From a virus, in the IMG/VR virus record IMGVR_UViG_3300029951_000064: a stretch of DNA of 39,543 nucleotides; one strand, 5' to 3'. Each line of letters starts with the position of its first letter. The stretch's first letter is position 1. Under the pieces are notes generated by a model, which saw only the letters and a program-made list of their open reading frames with translations, had not been told where the DNA came from and made no database searches. This document shows, piece after piece, positions 7,608-14,654 of the stretch. The translations under genes and the position numbers were made by a program.

Positions 7608-8329
7608 CGGTAGACGCGCGCGATGTGCCGACTCAGCGGCAGGGGGATTTTGGCAATCATGGCGCTGGCCATCTTGCGGCCTTTCGATTTTGAGCCGTGT
7701 CGACGGCAAGTCGATTTCGGGTCGCTAAACCAATCGCCGCCGATCTTTCTGCCGTCGTCATCGCTGTGATGAAGGACGGAGGCCGTCTGGAAACTCTTAC
7801 CGCTGCCGTCGAAACGGAAGCCCGGCACTTTTGTTGCGCTCATCACAACAGGCATAAGAGCTGGGATATCGCCCCAAAGATAAAACGATCCGTGTTTCCA
7901 TTTCGCCCGGCCGACCCAGGGCTCGGCGCCGCGCACGTTCTCGACCACCATCGGGATATGACGCCCGGCCGCTTCGCAAGCCTCGCGCTGGATGCGAAAG
8001 CAGGCATTGAACAAACGATTGAGACGTTCAAGCGCGGCGCCGGTATGGTCCGCGCGAATAGCTGCGGCTTTCGCTTTGGCGAGCTTCCAAGGCATTGCCA
8101 TGTAGGAATATTCTTGGCATGGGGGCGAAGCAACGATGAGTGCCGCATCCTTGAATTGAGAGCCGTGAATCGTCAAAATATCCTGCACGATCAATTGTGC
8201 GGGGTAGCGGTGCTCGCCGTAAATATGGTTTTCAATATCGAAACCGAAAACATCATATTTTTCAGCAAGCAGCCCCTCCGTCCAGCCTCCCAGCCCGCAG
8301 CACAAATCTATCGCGATCGGCTTAGACAT
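7604..8329 (-). CDS. DNA (cytosine-5) methyltransferase (241 aa)
   Basis: Motif I IDLCCGLGGW, motif IV ASPPCQEYS, motif VI VVENV, C-terminal AKIPLPL. Start MSKPIAIDL at 8329. Confidence 0.8.
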   Translation of the reverse strand: MSKPIAIDLCCGLGGWTEGLLAEKYDVFGFDIENHIYGEHRYPAQLIVQDILTIHGSQFKDAALIVASPPCQEYSYMAMPWKLAKAKAAAIRADHTGAALERLNRLFNACFRIQREACEAAGRHIPMVVENVRGAEPWVGRAKWKHGSFYLWGDIPALMPVVMSATKVPGFRFDGSGKSFQTASVLHHSDDDGRKIGGDWFSDPKSTCRRHGSKSKGRKMASAMIAKIPLPLSRHIARVYR

Positions 8330-8666
8330 GGTCCCGCGTCCCGTCGTTGTAATCGGGAGGGCGGGGCCCTGAGACGAGATCGGGGGCGAAGGGCCATGCG
8401 GGAGGGTCGCCGGCGCGCGCGGCCCGAGTGGCTTCCTCTTGGGCAATCTCCAATTCCCAATATCGGGGGGAGAGCGGGCGCCAGCCGTCGAAGGGCAAGC
8501 GACGCGGTGAAAACCGGATGCGCAGCCGATGGACGGCGTCGCAATAGCGATCGGTCAAACGGCAAAGCCAATCGCCCGATAGATTTTCGGACGCCCAAAA
8601 ATAATGACGCTCAAGCGCGCGGTAAATCAGACGATTCGCTCGGGGGCGCAAATCATGGAAAAGCAT
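8322..8666 (-). CDS. Hypothetical protein (114 aa)
   Basis: ORF track. GAGAGGAA RBS. Confidence 0.5.
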   Translation of the reverse strand: MLFHDLRPRANRLIYRALERHYFWASENLSGDWLCRLTDRYCDAVHRLRIRFSPRRLPFDGWRPLSPRYWELEIAQEEATRAARAGDPPAWPFAPDLVSGPRPPDYNDGTRDHV

Positions 8667-8698
8667 TTGATATTCCTCTCAGAAAAACGAATTTCAAG

Positions 8699-9184
8699 CT
8701 AGTGCTGGGTGGCGTTTTCCGCAGCTTTCTTGCGGTGCGCAGAGAGCCCTTGTTCGACCAGGCGCGTAATGTCGAGCATGGTCGCGCGGCCGAGCGTCCC
8801 CTTATGGCCGGTCGAAACGAGCCAAAGATAGGAATCGGCATGACCATCGGCCGCCATGGCGACCTTGTCGGGGTTCGAGGCGAACAGGGCCTCAATCGCG
8901 GCCTCATAGGGATGCGGCTGCGCGCCGGGACGCTGGACGCGAAAGGTGTTGCCTTGGTTCCCTCGGACAACAAGAGGCTCGCCACAGGCCCAGCAACCGC
9001 CCACAGGCTCGCCCTCAACCGGGGAATCGCCCTGGGCGTTGACGAAATCGGCAGCGCGCGGGCCCTCCGGACCAACGTCGCGGATAACGCGCCAGTTGCG
9101 ATGATCGTTTGGGCAGACGATCCAGTCGCCCTTTCGAAGGGGCTGGGGGCCGTCGGGCATTTCGTCGGGGGCTTCGAGGGTCAT
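8699..9184 (-). CDS. Hypothetical protein (161 aa) with a possible C/H...CxxC metal site
   Basis: In-frame ATG at 9184 forms an ATGA overlap with the upstream stop. The track's longer version (to 9496) was rejected. Confidence 0.5.
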   Translation of the reverse strand: MTLEAPDEMPDGPQPLRKGDWIVCPNDHRNWRVIRDVGPEGPRAADFVNAQGDSPVEGEPVGGCWACGEPLVVRGNQGNTFRVQRPGAQPHPYEAAIEALFASNPDKVAMAADGHADSYLWLVSTGHKGTLGRATMLDITRLVEQGLSAHRKKAAENATQH

Positions 9185-9762
9185 AGGGACTCCAATGATT
9201 TCCTGATTCGCTCCGAGGGCGCCAGCGGCGATCGGAGATATTCGCGGCGTGATTCGAGACCGGCGAGCGCCGCAGCCTTTTCCTGCTCGGTCGGCGGTCG
9301 CTTTGTCGTCGTCCCAATAATATCTGGATAAATGGCCGACAATTCTGCAAAGGTTTTTCGCCTTTCGCGTGGCTCCTCGAATTCTGTCGGCCATTCGGCT
9401 TCGAGGACTCGGCGCCGCTCTCTGGCCTCGGCGTCTCGAATCGGCTTCATTTCGGCTTCGCAGGCCTCGCGGACCTCGGCGATGCTCGGGAGCCATTTAA
9501 TCCGGCCGGCGACGCCTTCGCGCGGGTCCGTGACGCGAACAACGACGTGCTCGGGATAATCCGACAGGACCATGCAAAGAGCTTGCCCGTAAATCTCAGG
9601 ATCGGCCGCCTCGTCCCGACGATAGCAGGAGGCTAGGAGCTTTGCTCTCTCGGAAATAATCCTCGGGTCGCAGGGGGCCGAGCTTTGGCGGGACGACGAA
9701 GTCGCCGCCGTTACGGTCGATATCTGCCTGAATTGCGGCGCTGACTGATCCCGATCGTCCAT
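9181..9762 (-). CDS. Hypothetical protein (193 aa, start uncertain)
   Basis: ORF track. Overlaps the 3' end of 9596..10306 by 167 nt unless it starts at ATG 9572. Confidence 0.45.
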   Translation of the reverse strand: MDDRDQSAPQFRQISTVTAATSSSRQSSAPCDPRIISERAKLLASCYRRDEAADPEIYGQALCMVLSDYPEHVVVRVTDPREGVAGRIKWLPSIAEVREACEAEMKPIRDAEARERRRVLEAEWPTEFEEPRERRKTFAELSAIYPDIIGTTTKRPPTEQEKAAALAGLESRREYLRSPLAPSERIRKSLESL

Positions 9763-10306
9763 TTGGGTTACTCCGTTGAAATTGCGAAATATTTCCTAAC
9801 CAAGTGCGCCACGCGGCGTCCCAGTCTGCCATCAAATTTCCGCGCGATCGGTGATAATCGAGGAATTTTGGCCATTGAATTGTGATAGCTGCTCGATCAA
9901 GGCCCTTGGCCTGCGCGTCGGCGATGTTTCTTTCATTCGGCATGGCCGATTCGCCGATCGATGATCGAATTTTTGCGCGGCTCGCGGTTTTTGCGGGGGG
10001 AGATTCGGGGGAAAGTGGAGGGGTAGAGTTTATTATCATAGGGGAGGCGGAAGGGGGCAAAGAGGGGGGGGCTTTTTCCGTGACAGATGCGGAAGTCACA
10101 GGATGTCCACCACCGTCACGCCCTGTCACGTGACTTACTGTGACATCACGGGACCTTTGCCGCTGCTTTCTGGCACGGTCTGCCGCCCGGCGCCCTTCTA
10201 TCGCGACGACCTCGCGCGATTCCATCGCCTCCACAGCAATCGCAACAGCCTCAGGCGGCGCGCCAGCGGCAATAAGTTTTCTGACAAGATCGCCTAAGGC
10301 GCTCAT
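9596..10306 (-). CDS. Putative replication or DNA-binding protein (236 aa)
   Basis: ORF track. Position in the early region. C-terminal W-rich motif WPKFLDYHRSRGNLMADWDAAWRTW resembles phage replication-associated proteins. An iteron-like cluster lies inside the gene. Confidence 0.45.
   Translation of the reverse strand: MSALGDLVRKLIAAGAPPEAVAIAVEAMESREVVAIEGRRAADRARKQRQRSRDVTVSHVTGRDGGGHPVTSASVTEKAPPSLPPSASPMIINSTPPLSPESPPAKTASRAKIRSSIGESAMPNERNIADAQAKGLDRAAITIQWPKFLDYHRSRGNLMADWDAAWRTWLGNISQFQRSNPNGRSGSVSAAIQADIDRNGGDFVVPPKLGPLRPEDYFRESKAPSLLLSSGRGGRS
10080..10149. repeat. Cluster of GTCAC/GTGAC pentamers (iteron-like), including the palindrome TGTCACGTGAC
   Basis: Read directly: GTGAC 10080, GTCAC 10095, 10115, 10125, GTGAC 10130, 10140, plus variants GTCCAC 10104 and ATCAC 10145. 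Confidence 0.8.
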
Positions 10307-10554
10307 GAGCGCGCCTGATTAATCAGCCTGTTGGCTATGCGCCCTATTTCAACCTCAGGAAGGATAGGGCCGCCATTGGCGATAGAAAGAGGCGAGGATC
10401 CATCGGCCTCGATATCCCATCCCTCAATCCATGCGGATTTGAATTTTCGTCCCCGAAAAGGACAATTATTGCGCTTGCGACCGGCATGATATTCTATCCT
10501 GCCCCTGTTAAACGCGCGCGTGAAGTTCCACCGAATCCCCTGAAAGGAACTCAT
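10303..10554 (-). CDS. Rmf/CrpP-family small protein (83 aa)
   Basis: RAFNRGRIEYHAGRKRNNCPFRGRKFKSAWIEGW aligns without gaps to the E. coli RMF core RAHQRGYQAGIAGRSKEMCPYQTLNQRSQWLGGW (R, A, RG, AGR, CP, S, W and GW conserved). Confidence 0.6.
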   Translation of the reverse strand: MSSFQGIRWNFTRAFNRGRIEYHAGRKRNNCPFRGRKFKSAWIEGWDIEADGSSPLSIANGGPILPEVEIGRIANRLINQARS

Positions 10555-10607
10555 CGCAAGTAAGCCTTGCGCTTATCGACGCGAATAATTATTATGAGAC
10601 TGTTCAT
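10551..10607 (-). CDS. Possible 18-codon leader ORF MNSLIIIIRVDKRKAYLR
   Basis: GAAAGG RBS. Four consecutive Ile codons (ATA ATA ATT ATT). Stop overlaps the Rmf-like ATG (ATGA). Confidence 0.3.
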   Translation of the reverse strand: MNSLIIIIRVDKRKAYLR

Positions 10608-10631
10608 GGCGAGGCCTTTCGCTGTGGCGCT

Positions 10632-10665
10632 GGGCGGGGTCGAGCGTCTCACCGCTCCCCCGCCC
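10632..10665 (-). terminator. Strong GC hairpin downstream of the N6-methyltransferase (terminator or processing site, no clear U-tract)
   Basis: GGGCGGGG..GAGCG-TCTCAC-CGCTC-CCCCGCCC, 13 bp with a 2-nt bulge. Confidence 0.3.
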
Positions 10666-10702
10666 GCTCAATCTCAACTGATTTGGTTCCGTCGTCAAGC
10701 CG

Positions 10703-11287
10703 TCATGTGCTCTCGCGCCATGACATTCGGCGAACGGTAAAGCCAACGTCCTCGGCGTGGGGCTCGGGGTCGAATACGAACCACGCGAAGGGCGCTCCGC
10801 TGTTCGTCTGGCGCTTGCCTTCCCAGCCCTCCCGGTGCATCTGCGGCAGGCGCTCTATGCCGGCCCAAACGCGAACAAGATGGCGGTCGATAAGGTCGGA
10901 CCTTCCCGCGCCTTCGATGAACATCAGGCGCAGGAGGACGATGACCGGCAGGCCCAAGACGAGACCATGGCGAATGAAGTCATCGGCGTTTTTGTATGGA
11001 GGGTTGGTCACGATTGCGTCGACGCGCGGCGCCGAGCGCTCCATCAGGAAATCGATGCGCGAAGTGATGTAAGGATCCGCGCCATGATGGGCGACAAGGT
11101 CATGGGAGGCGACATCATGGCCGGCCGCCATAAGTTCGCGGGAGATCGCCCCGCGGCCTGCGGCAGGCTCCCAAATGCGCGCGGGAAGATTCTCGATGCG
11201 CATCAGCGTGAGGACCGCGCACCGCGGGCTCTCGTAAAGGTCATCCTTACGGGCGGCGAGCGCGCCGCGATCGGCCCCTTGGCGCAT
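10703..11287 (-). CDS. DNA N6-adenine (or N4-cytosine) methyltransferase (194 aa)
   Basis: DLYESP, motif I EPAAGRGAI, then motif IV IVTNPPY. Confidence 0.75.
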   Translation of the reverse strand: MRQGADRGALAARKDDLYESPRCAVLTLMRIENLPARIWEPAAGRGAISRELMAAGHDVASHDLVAHHGADPYITSRIDFLMERSAPRVDAIVTNPPYKNADDFIRHGLVLGLPVIVLLRLMFIEGAGRSDLIDRHLVRVWAGIERLPQMHREGWEGKRQTNSGAPFAWFVFDPEPHAEDVGFTVRRMSWREST

Positions 11288-11542
11288 CTAAAACTCAATC
11301 CCTTCTGATTTCGCCCACGCCATGAACGGCTCGGGGTTTTTCGCCGCTGCGGCGAGGAATTTCCCCGCCACGGCGAGCGCGCGCATGATTTGGCCATAGC
11401 GCTCGATCTGCTCTGGCGTGCGCTTCAATGCGCCGCGCTCGGCCCTGTCACGCAAATCCTTTTCCGCCAGCCATAAACAGCGGATTTCATTCGCCAGATG
11501 CGATAGGCGGTCACCCGCGGGCGACGGTTCGGGATTGCTCAT
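11288..11542 (-). CDS. Hypothetical protein (84 aa)
   Basis: ORF track. Abuts the downstream methyltransferase start. Confidence 0.45.
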   Translation of the reverse strand: MSNPEPSPAGDRLSHLANEIRCLWLAEKDLRDRAERGALKRTPEQIERYGQIMRALAVAGKFLAAAAKNPEPFMAWAKSEGIEF

Positions 11543-12098
11543 AGGTTTGGCTCGCTATCATTCTCGCGGCGATTTCTATTTTTTGCCGGTCTAGGCCCTC
11601 CGCGACAGCGGCATAGTCCCGATCCGTCGTCGCCCTGAAATCTTCGTTTTGGGCTCTCAGGCGATCGATTTTCGTAATCGCGTGCAAAACGGTAGTGTGA
11701 TCGCGACCGCCGAACTGCCTGCCGATCTCGGGAAGGGAACGGCCCGTCAAATATTTGGCGCACCAGCACGCGACCTGCCGCGGCAAGACGACGGTCGCCG
11801 TCCGTCGCTCGGAAACCATGTCGAAGTGAGAAACCCCATATCGCTGTGAAATCACTATTTGGACGAGCTTTATTTGAAATTGAGGCCCGCGGGTTTGAGC
11901 GATCAAGGCCGCTCGAACGGCACCGGTGCGCAAAATCACATCGCGAAACGCGTTATCAGCGTCGGCCTGGGCGCGCATGATCGACCAGGCGTTGATTTCG
12001 CGCGCTTCCATTTTCCAGCGCAGGCGGCGTTCTATGAATTCTCGGCGGGCGCGCTGATACTCGGATTCAGGCTCTACAAGAGCTAACGCAAAATTCAT
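11511..12098 (-). CDS. DnaA C-terminal (domain IV) DNA-binding protein (195 aa)
   Basis: [47 protein letters not shown] matches the DnaA domain IV signature (RQ.AMYL...T..S...IG..FG.RDHTTV.HA). No AAA+ domain. Confidence 0.7.
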   Translation of the reverse strand: MNFALALVEPESEYQRARREFIERRLRWKMEAREINAWSIMRAQADADNAFRDVILRTGAVRAALIAQTRGPQFQIKLVQIVISQRYGVSHFDMVSERRTATVVLPRQVACWCAKYLTGRSLPEIGRQFGGRDHTTVLHAITKIDRLRAQNEDFRATTDRDYAAVAEGLDRQKIEIAARMIASQTYEQSRTVARG

Positions 12099-12295
12099 GG
12101 GAGCTTCTCTTTTTCCAATAAAAGACGCAACTTCTCAGTCTCGTAAACGTCGAGCGAGATCGAAATAGACGAAGAATCGAAGATGATAAGCAATCGCCCG
12201 GCGACTATGCTTAAAATGGGCGTCTCGTCGTATTCTTCGCCATCGTGGAACGGGAAAACCCTAACGTAATGCTCGCTGGAAATGGTCGCCATCAC
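12095..12295 (-). CDS. Hypothetical protein (66 aa)
   Basis: ORF track. Coupled at both ends by overlapping start and stop codons. Confidence 0.45.
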   Translation of the reverse strand: MMATISSEHYVRVFPFHDGEEYDETPILSIVAGRLLIIFDSSSISISLDVYETEKLRLLLEKEKLP

Positions 12296-12501
12296 AGACG
12301 ACGCGATTTTTTCGTCCGCGCAATACCGTTCATATGAGCGCCGATGCTGGGCGCTTTCATAAGCTCGGCGTGATGGTCTGCCGTGACATCGGGATAAACA
12401 TATGTCCCGCCGCCAGAATAGGTTACGTGAAGTTCATTCGTCTCAGGATCGTGGCCAATGCTTGCAATAGCCGACGATTTAACGGGGATCATTGTTACCA
12501 T
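12292..12501 (-). CDS. KTSC domain protein (69 aa)
   Basis: IPVKSSAIASIGHDPETNELHVTYSGGGTYVYPDV...ELMKAPSIG fits the KTSC pattern. Confidence 0.65.
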   Translation of the reverse strand: MVTMIPVKSSAIASIGHDPETNELHVTYSGGGTYVYPDVTADHHAELMKAPSIGAHMNGIARTKKSRRL

Positions 12502-12670
12502 TTTGGGGGCTCCTCTTGAAAAAGCTTAACTGTCCCATCGATTCTATTTCGCGATGTTCCTCTATTGTATTGGGACGCGCCTCGCGGCGCGCGCGGTCGA
12601 GAACAGAATCGCTATAGCCTTCGCCTCTCACGCGACGCGGCTTTTTGGAATCTGCGGAACGCTTTGGCAT
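12479..12670 (-). CDS. Small basic protein (63 aa), uncertain
   Basis: In-frame ATG at 12670 within track ORF 12479..12739. Overlaps both neighbours. Confidence 0.3.
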   Translation of the reverse strand: MPKRSADSKKPRRVRGEGYSDSVLDRARREARPNTIEEHREIESMGQLSFFKRSPQNGNNDPR

Positions 12671-12846
12671 AGGGTGACCTCGCGAAAGCTCGGGTGAAGG
12701 TCGGTCGGATATTCCGCCCAAACCGCCATTTGCTCGCATTTATCGCATTGGGCGTGGTGCAGCCGCGGGCCGTCGTCGGCAACCAAATCGGGGAGAACCG
12801 TCATGAGGGCGCCGCAGGAATTGCAGATGGGCGCCGAAGTTTTCAT
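12628..12846 (-). CDS. Zinc-ribbon protein (72 aa)
   Basis: MKTSAPICNSCG...AQCDKCEQ (CxxC...CxxC). ATG 12846 abuts the upstream stop. Confidence 0.5.
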   Translation of the reverse strand: MKTSAPICNSCGALMTVLPDLVADDGPRLHHAQCDKCEQMAVWAEYPTDLHPSFREVTLCQSVPQIPKSRVA

Positions 12847-13013
12847 GGGGCTCGATCCAAATGAGGGACGATCGATGATCCGCGAGAGAATGGCGGCCGG
12901 CCGGTGCGACACTCGACCGAGCAGAAACGCCGTTTCGCTGGACTCCTGTTAGCCTTTTTCGGCGTGAACGGCTTTCCGCATTTTGCGCAATGAAAGATCG
13001 GGGGCGCGCTCAT
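12843..13013 (-). CDS. FCS/YacG-like zinc-finger protein (56 aa)
   Basis: HCAKCGKPF...RRFCSVEC resembles the CxxCGK...FCSxxC arrangement of YacG. ATG 13013 forms an ATGA overlap with the upstream stop. Confidence 0.45.
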   Translation of the reverse strand: MSAPPIFHCAKCGKPFTPKKANRSPAKRRFCSVECRTGRPPFSRGSSIVPHLDRAP

Positions 13014-13465
13014 GCGGAATCCCCGCAAGCACCGGGAGGGGGGAGAACTTGGCGCCCCACGACGAATCTATCGAAGGGAAATGGGACCTCGGACGAATTG
13101 ACAAGGTCCGACCCTCCCTCGATGACAATCGACGTGTGAAGCGACCAATCCTCGACAACAACCATCGAAAATTGCTGATACGGATAGTCTTTGCCCTCAA
13201 ATTTCAGGCAGAGACCGCCGATAAACGGCCGCGCGCCAATGAAATGGCCATCGCGGAAAATGAGAACGACGTTATGACGCCGAAGCACCAAGCCACCAAT
13301 CAGGCGTTCTCCTGTGTCAGCATCGACCTCATAGCCGCGCAAATCGTGGAGCACGCGGCGGCCGGTGACATCGTTCAACAGCGGAATTTGAACGGGCTTG
13401 CCGTCCTTGTCTTTCATCACGGCAGTCCCGCTATGAAACTGCGGCGCAATATCTCGCGTGCTCAT
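13010..13465 (-). CDS. Hypothetical beta-rich protein (151 aa), coupled to the Cro-like gene
   Basis: In-frame ATG at 13465 forms an ATGA overlap with the stop of 13462..13686. The track's longer form runs out of frame through the Cro-like gene. Confidence 0.55.
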   Translation of the reverse strand: MSTRDIAPQFHSGTAVMKDKDGKPVQIPLLNDVTGRRVLHDLRGYEVDADTGERLIGGLVLRRHNVVLIFRDGHFIGARPFIGGLCLKFEGKDYPYQQFSMVVVEDWSLHTSIVIEGGSDLVNSSEVPFPFDRFVVGRQVLPPPGACGDSA

Positions 13466-13686
13466 GCGGCCTTCTCCGGGGCTGGCTCGGGCTGCGCGAA
13501 ATCCTGAGGCTTGACCACGCCATGGGTGACCTTCTCGATTTTTAGGGCCAGCGGTAGGCGCGGAGTGCGCTCGCCATAGACGAGCTTTTTCAAAGCGCCT
13601 TGCGAGACGCCGATTTGGGGAGCGAAATGCGCGAGGAAAACCTCGACCGTCATCCCGCCAGCTTTCATGTATTCGATAAGTTTCAT
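13462..13686 (-). CDS. Cro/YdaS-family HTH regulator (74 aa)
   Basis: GVSQGALKKLVYGERTPRLPLALKIEKVTHGVVKPQDF matches the YdaS/Cro pattern (IE..T.G.V...D). First gene of the leftward arm. Confidence 0.7.
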   Translation of the reverse strand: MKLIEYMKAGGMTVEVFLAHFAPQIGVSQGALKKLVYGERTPRLPLALKIEKVTHGVVKPQDFAQPEPAPEKAA

Positions 13687-13743
13687 GGCGCGAGCATCCT
13701 ATCAAACAAAAAACGTGTCAAGCTAATTTTTCCCCAAGAGAGC

Positions 13744-13774
13744 GCTTGACAATCCCCAAAGAGGGGAATAATGT
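13744..13774 (+). promoter_or_regulatory. Rightward promoter/operator P1: GCTTGACA-ATCCCCAAAGAGGGGAA-TAATGT
   Basis: TTGACA (13746-13751), 17-nt spacer, TAATGT (13769-13774). The spacer holds the inverted repeat TCCCC-N5-GGGGA. The same architecture occurs at 14541 and 15723. Confidence 0.55.
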
Positions 13775-13802
13775 CGTGAGACTGAAGCAACGGGGACCGA
13801 AA

Positions 13803-14012
13803 ATGACCATCTGCCTCAATCCAACTGCCGCCGTGATCGACGCCGAAGACAACATCGTCCGCGTCGGCGATGAAGTCTACATGGTCGGCCTCGGCCATTT
13901 TGCGACCGTCGTTCGCATCATCGGCGGCTTTCACTCCTCGAACGTCGAGGTCGAATATTCCAGCGGCTTTCGTGAGACGGCGTTCGGCGCCGACATTGTC
14001 AAGGTTGCGTGA
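13803..14012 (+). CDS. Hypothetical small protein (69 aa)
   Basis: First ATG downstream of P1, in frame with track ORF 13746..14012. Confidence 0.5.
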   Translation: MTICLNPTAAVIDAEDNIVRVGDEVYMVGLGHFATVVRIIGGFHSSNVEVEYSSGFRETAFGADIVKVA

Positions 14013-14024
14013 AAGGACAAAGCG

Positions 14025-14153
14025 ATGACGGTTTATTTTCGCCTTAACGGAGCCGAGCGCACCGAGCGCGTCGACACGAACAACGCGAATTTCGCGCGCG
14101 ACGCAGTCGAGGCCAGATTTCCGGGAGCAGTCGTCTGGCTGATCCTCCGATGA
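14025..14153 (+). CDS. Small ORF (42 aa)
   Basis: Not in the track. AAAGGA RBS. Stop overlaps the next ATG (ATGA). Confidence 0.35.
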   Translation: MTVYFRLNGAERTERVDTNNANFARDAVEARFPGAVVWLILR

Positions 14154-14296
14154 ACGACGATTTCGACAACCGAGAGGACGAAGGCGCGATATTTGGGCGC
14201 GGCTTCGTTAACGCGATGCTGATTAGCATTCTTGGCGTTGGCGCGATTGCGGCCCTTATCGGGCTCGCGGTCATAATCTGTAGGGGATTCCATTGA
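14150..14296 (+). CDS. Small single-pass membrane protein (48 aa)
   Basis: Not in the track. Hydrophobic stretch AMLISILGVGAIAALIGLAVII. Coupled on both sides (ATGA, TTGA). Confidence 0.45.
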   Translation: MNDDFDNREDEGAIFGRGFVNAMLISILGVGAIAALIGLAVIICRGFH

Positions 14297-14538
14297 CCGA
14301 CGATCGATACGAACAAACGAACCACCTTGGCGTCGCCATCTTCGGCCTCGGCCGCGCAGTGTGGGCGCCGCAGCCCCTCGCCCCGCCGAGCGTCTTTGAC
14401 CCTCCCGAGGAGGAGGAAGCCCCCGGCCTGTCCCCGCTGCAAATCGTCGAGGCTGTCTTGACCGGGATTTTCTGCGCGGGGATGGGCTTTATGGTCATCC
14501 TCGGCGTCATCGCCTGGTTTCTGTGGGGCATGAAATAA
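14293..14538 (+). CDS. Small membrane protein (81 aa)
   Basis: ORF track. C-terminal TM segment LTGIFCAGMGFMVILGVIAWFLW. TTG start overlaps the upstream TGA. Confidence 0.5.
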   Translation: MTDDRYEQTNHLGVAIFGLGRAVWAPQPLAPPSVFDPPEEEEAPGLSPLQIVEAVLTGIFCAGMGFMVILGVIAWFLWGMK

Positions 14539-14540
14539 CT

Positions 14541-14571
14541 GCTTGTGTTTCCCCGTTTGGGGGAATACGTA
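14541..14571 (+). promoter_or_regulatory. Promoter/operator P2: GCTTGTGT-TTCCCCGTTTGGGGGAA-TACGTA
   Basis: Same 28-nt architecture as P1 and P3, in an intergenic gap. Confidence 0.45.
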
Positions 14572-14582
14572 GGAGGCGCGTC

Positions 14583-14654
14583 ATGATGCATTTTCTGTTT
14601 TTGGTCTCGATATTCGTTTGGGGCTACACCTTTGGAAGAGGTTACGATAAATGA
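14583..14654 (+). CDS. Possible 23-aa hydrophobic micropeptide MMHFLFLVSIFVWGYTFGRGYDK
   Basis: Not in the track. TAGGAGG RBS. Stop overlaps the ATG of the next gene (ATGA). Confidence 0.35.
   Translation: MMHFLFLVSIFVWGYTFGRGYDK

Noticed and set aside
7697-9331. 544-aa plus-strand ORF, the longest + ORF in the 7-10 kb region
   Set aside because: It is Arg/Ala/Gly-rich with no motifs. It lies antisense to five well-supported, translationally coupled minus-strand genes, including the C5 methyltransferase. This is a typical shadow ORF in GC-rich DNA.
10041-10072. Polypurine tract (ggggaggcggaagggggcaaagaggggggggc) as an independent element (H-DNA or primer-like)
   Set aside because: It encodes the Pro/Ser-rich linker (PPSLPPSASP) of the 236-aa protein on the other strand. 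It is mentioned only as context for the adjacent iteron cluster.
13010-13705. 231-aa version of the ORF from the track. The same issue affects the long N-terminal extensions of 8699-9496, 7604-8446, 6942-7709, 33527-34219, 19840-20223 and 23226-24992.
   Set aside because: The extensions run through neighbouring genes or structured intergenic regions in another frame. In almost every case an in-frame ATG is positioned to overlap or abut the upstream stop codon; 33527-34219 instead has an ATG with its own RBS, and 19840-20223 an ATG 7 nt past the upstream stop. These give products that begin at recognisable N-termini.
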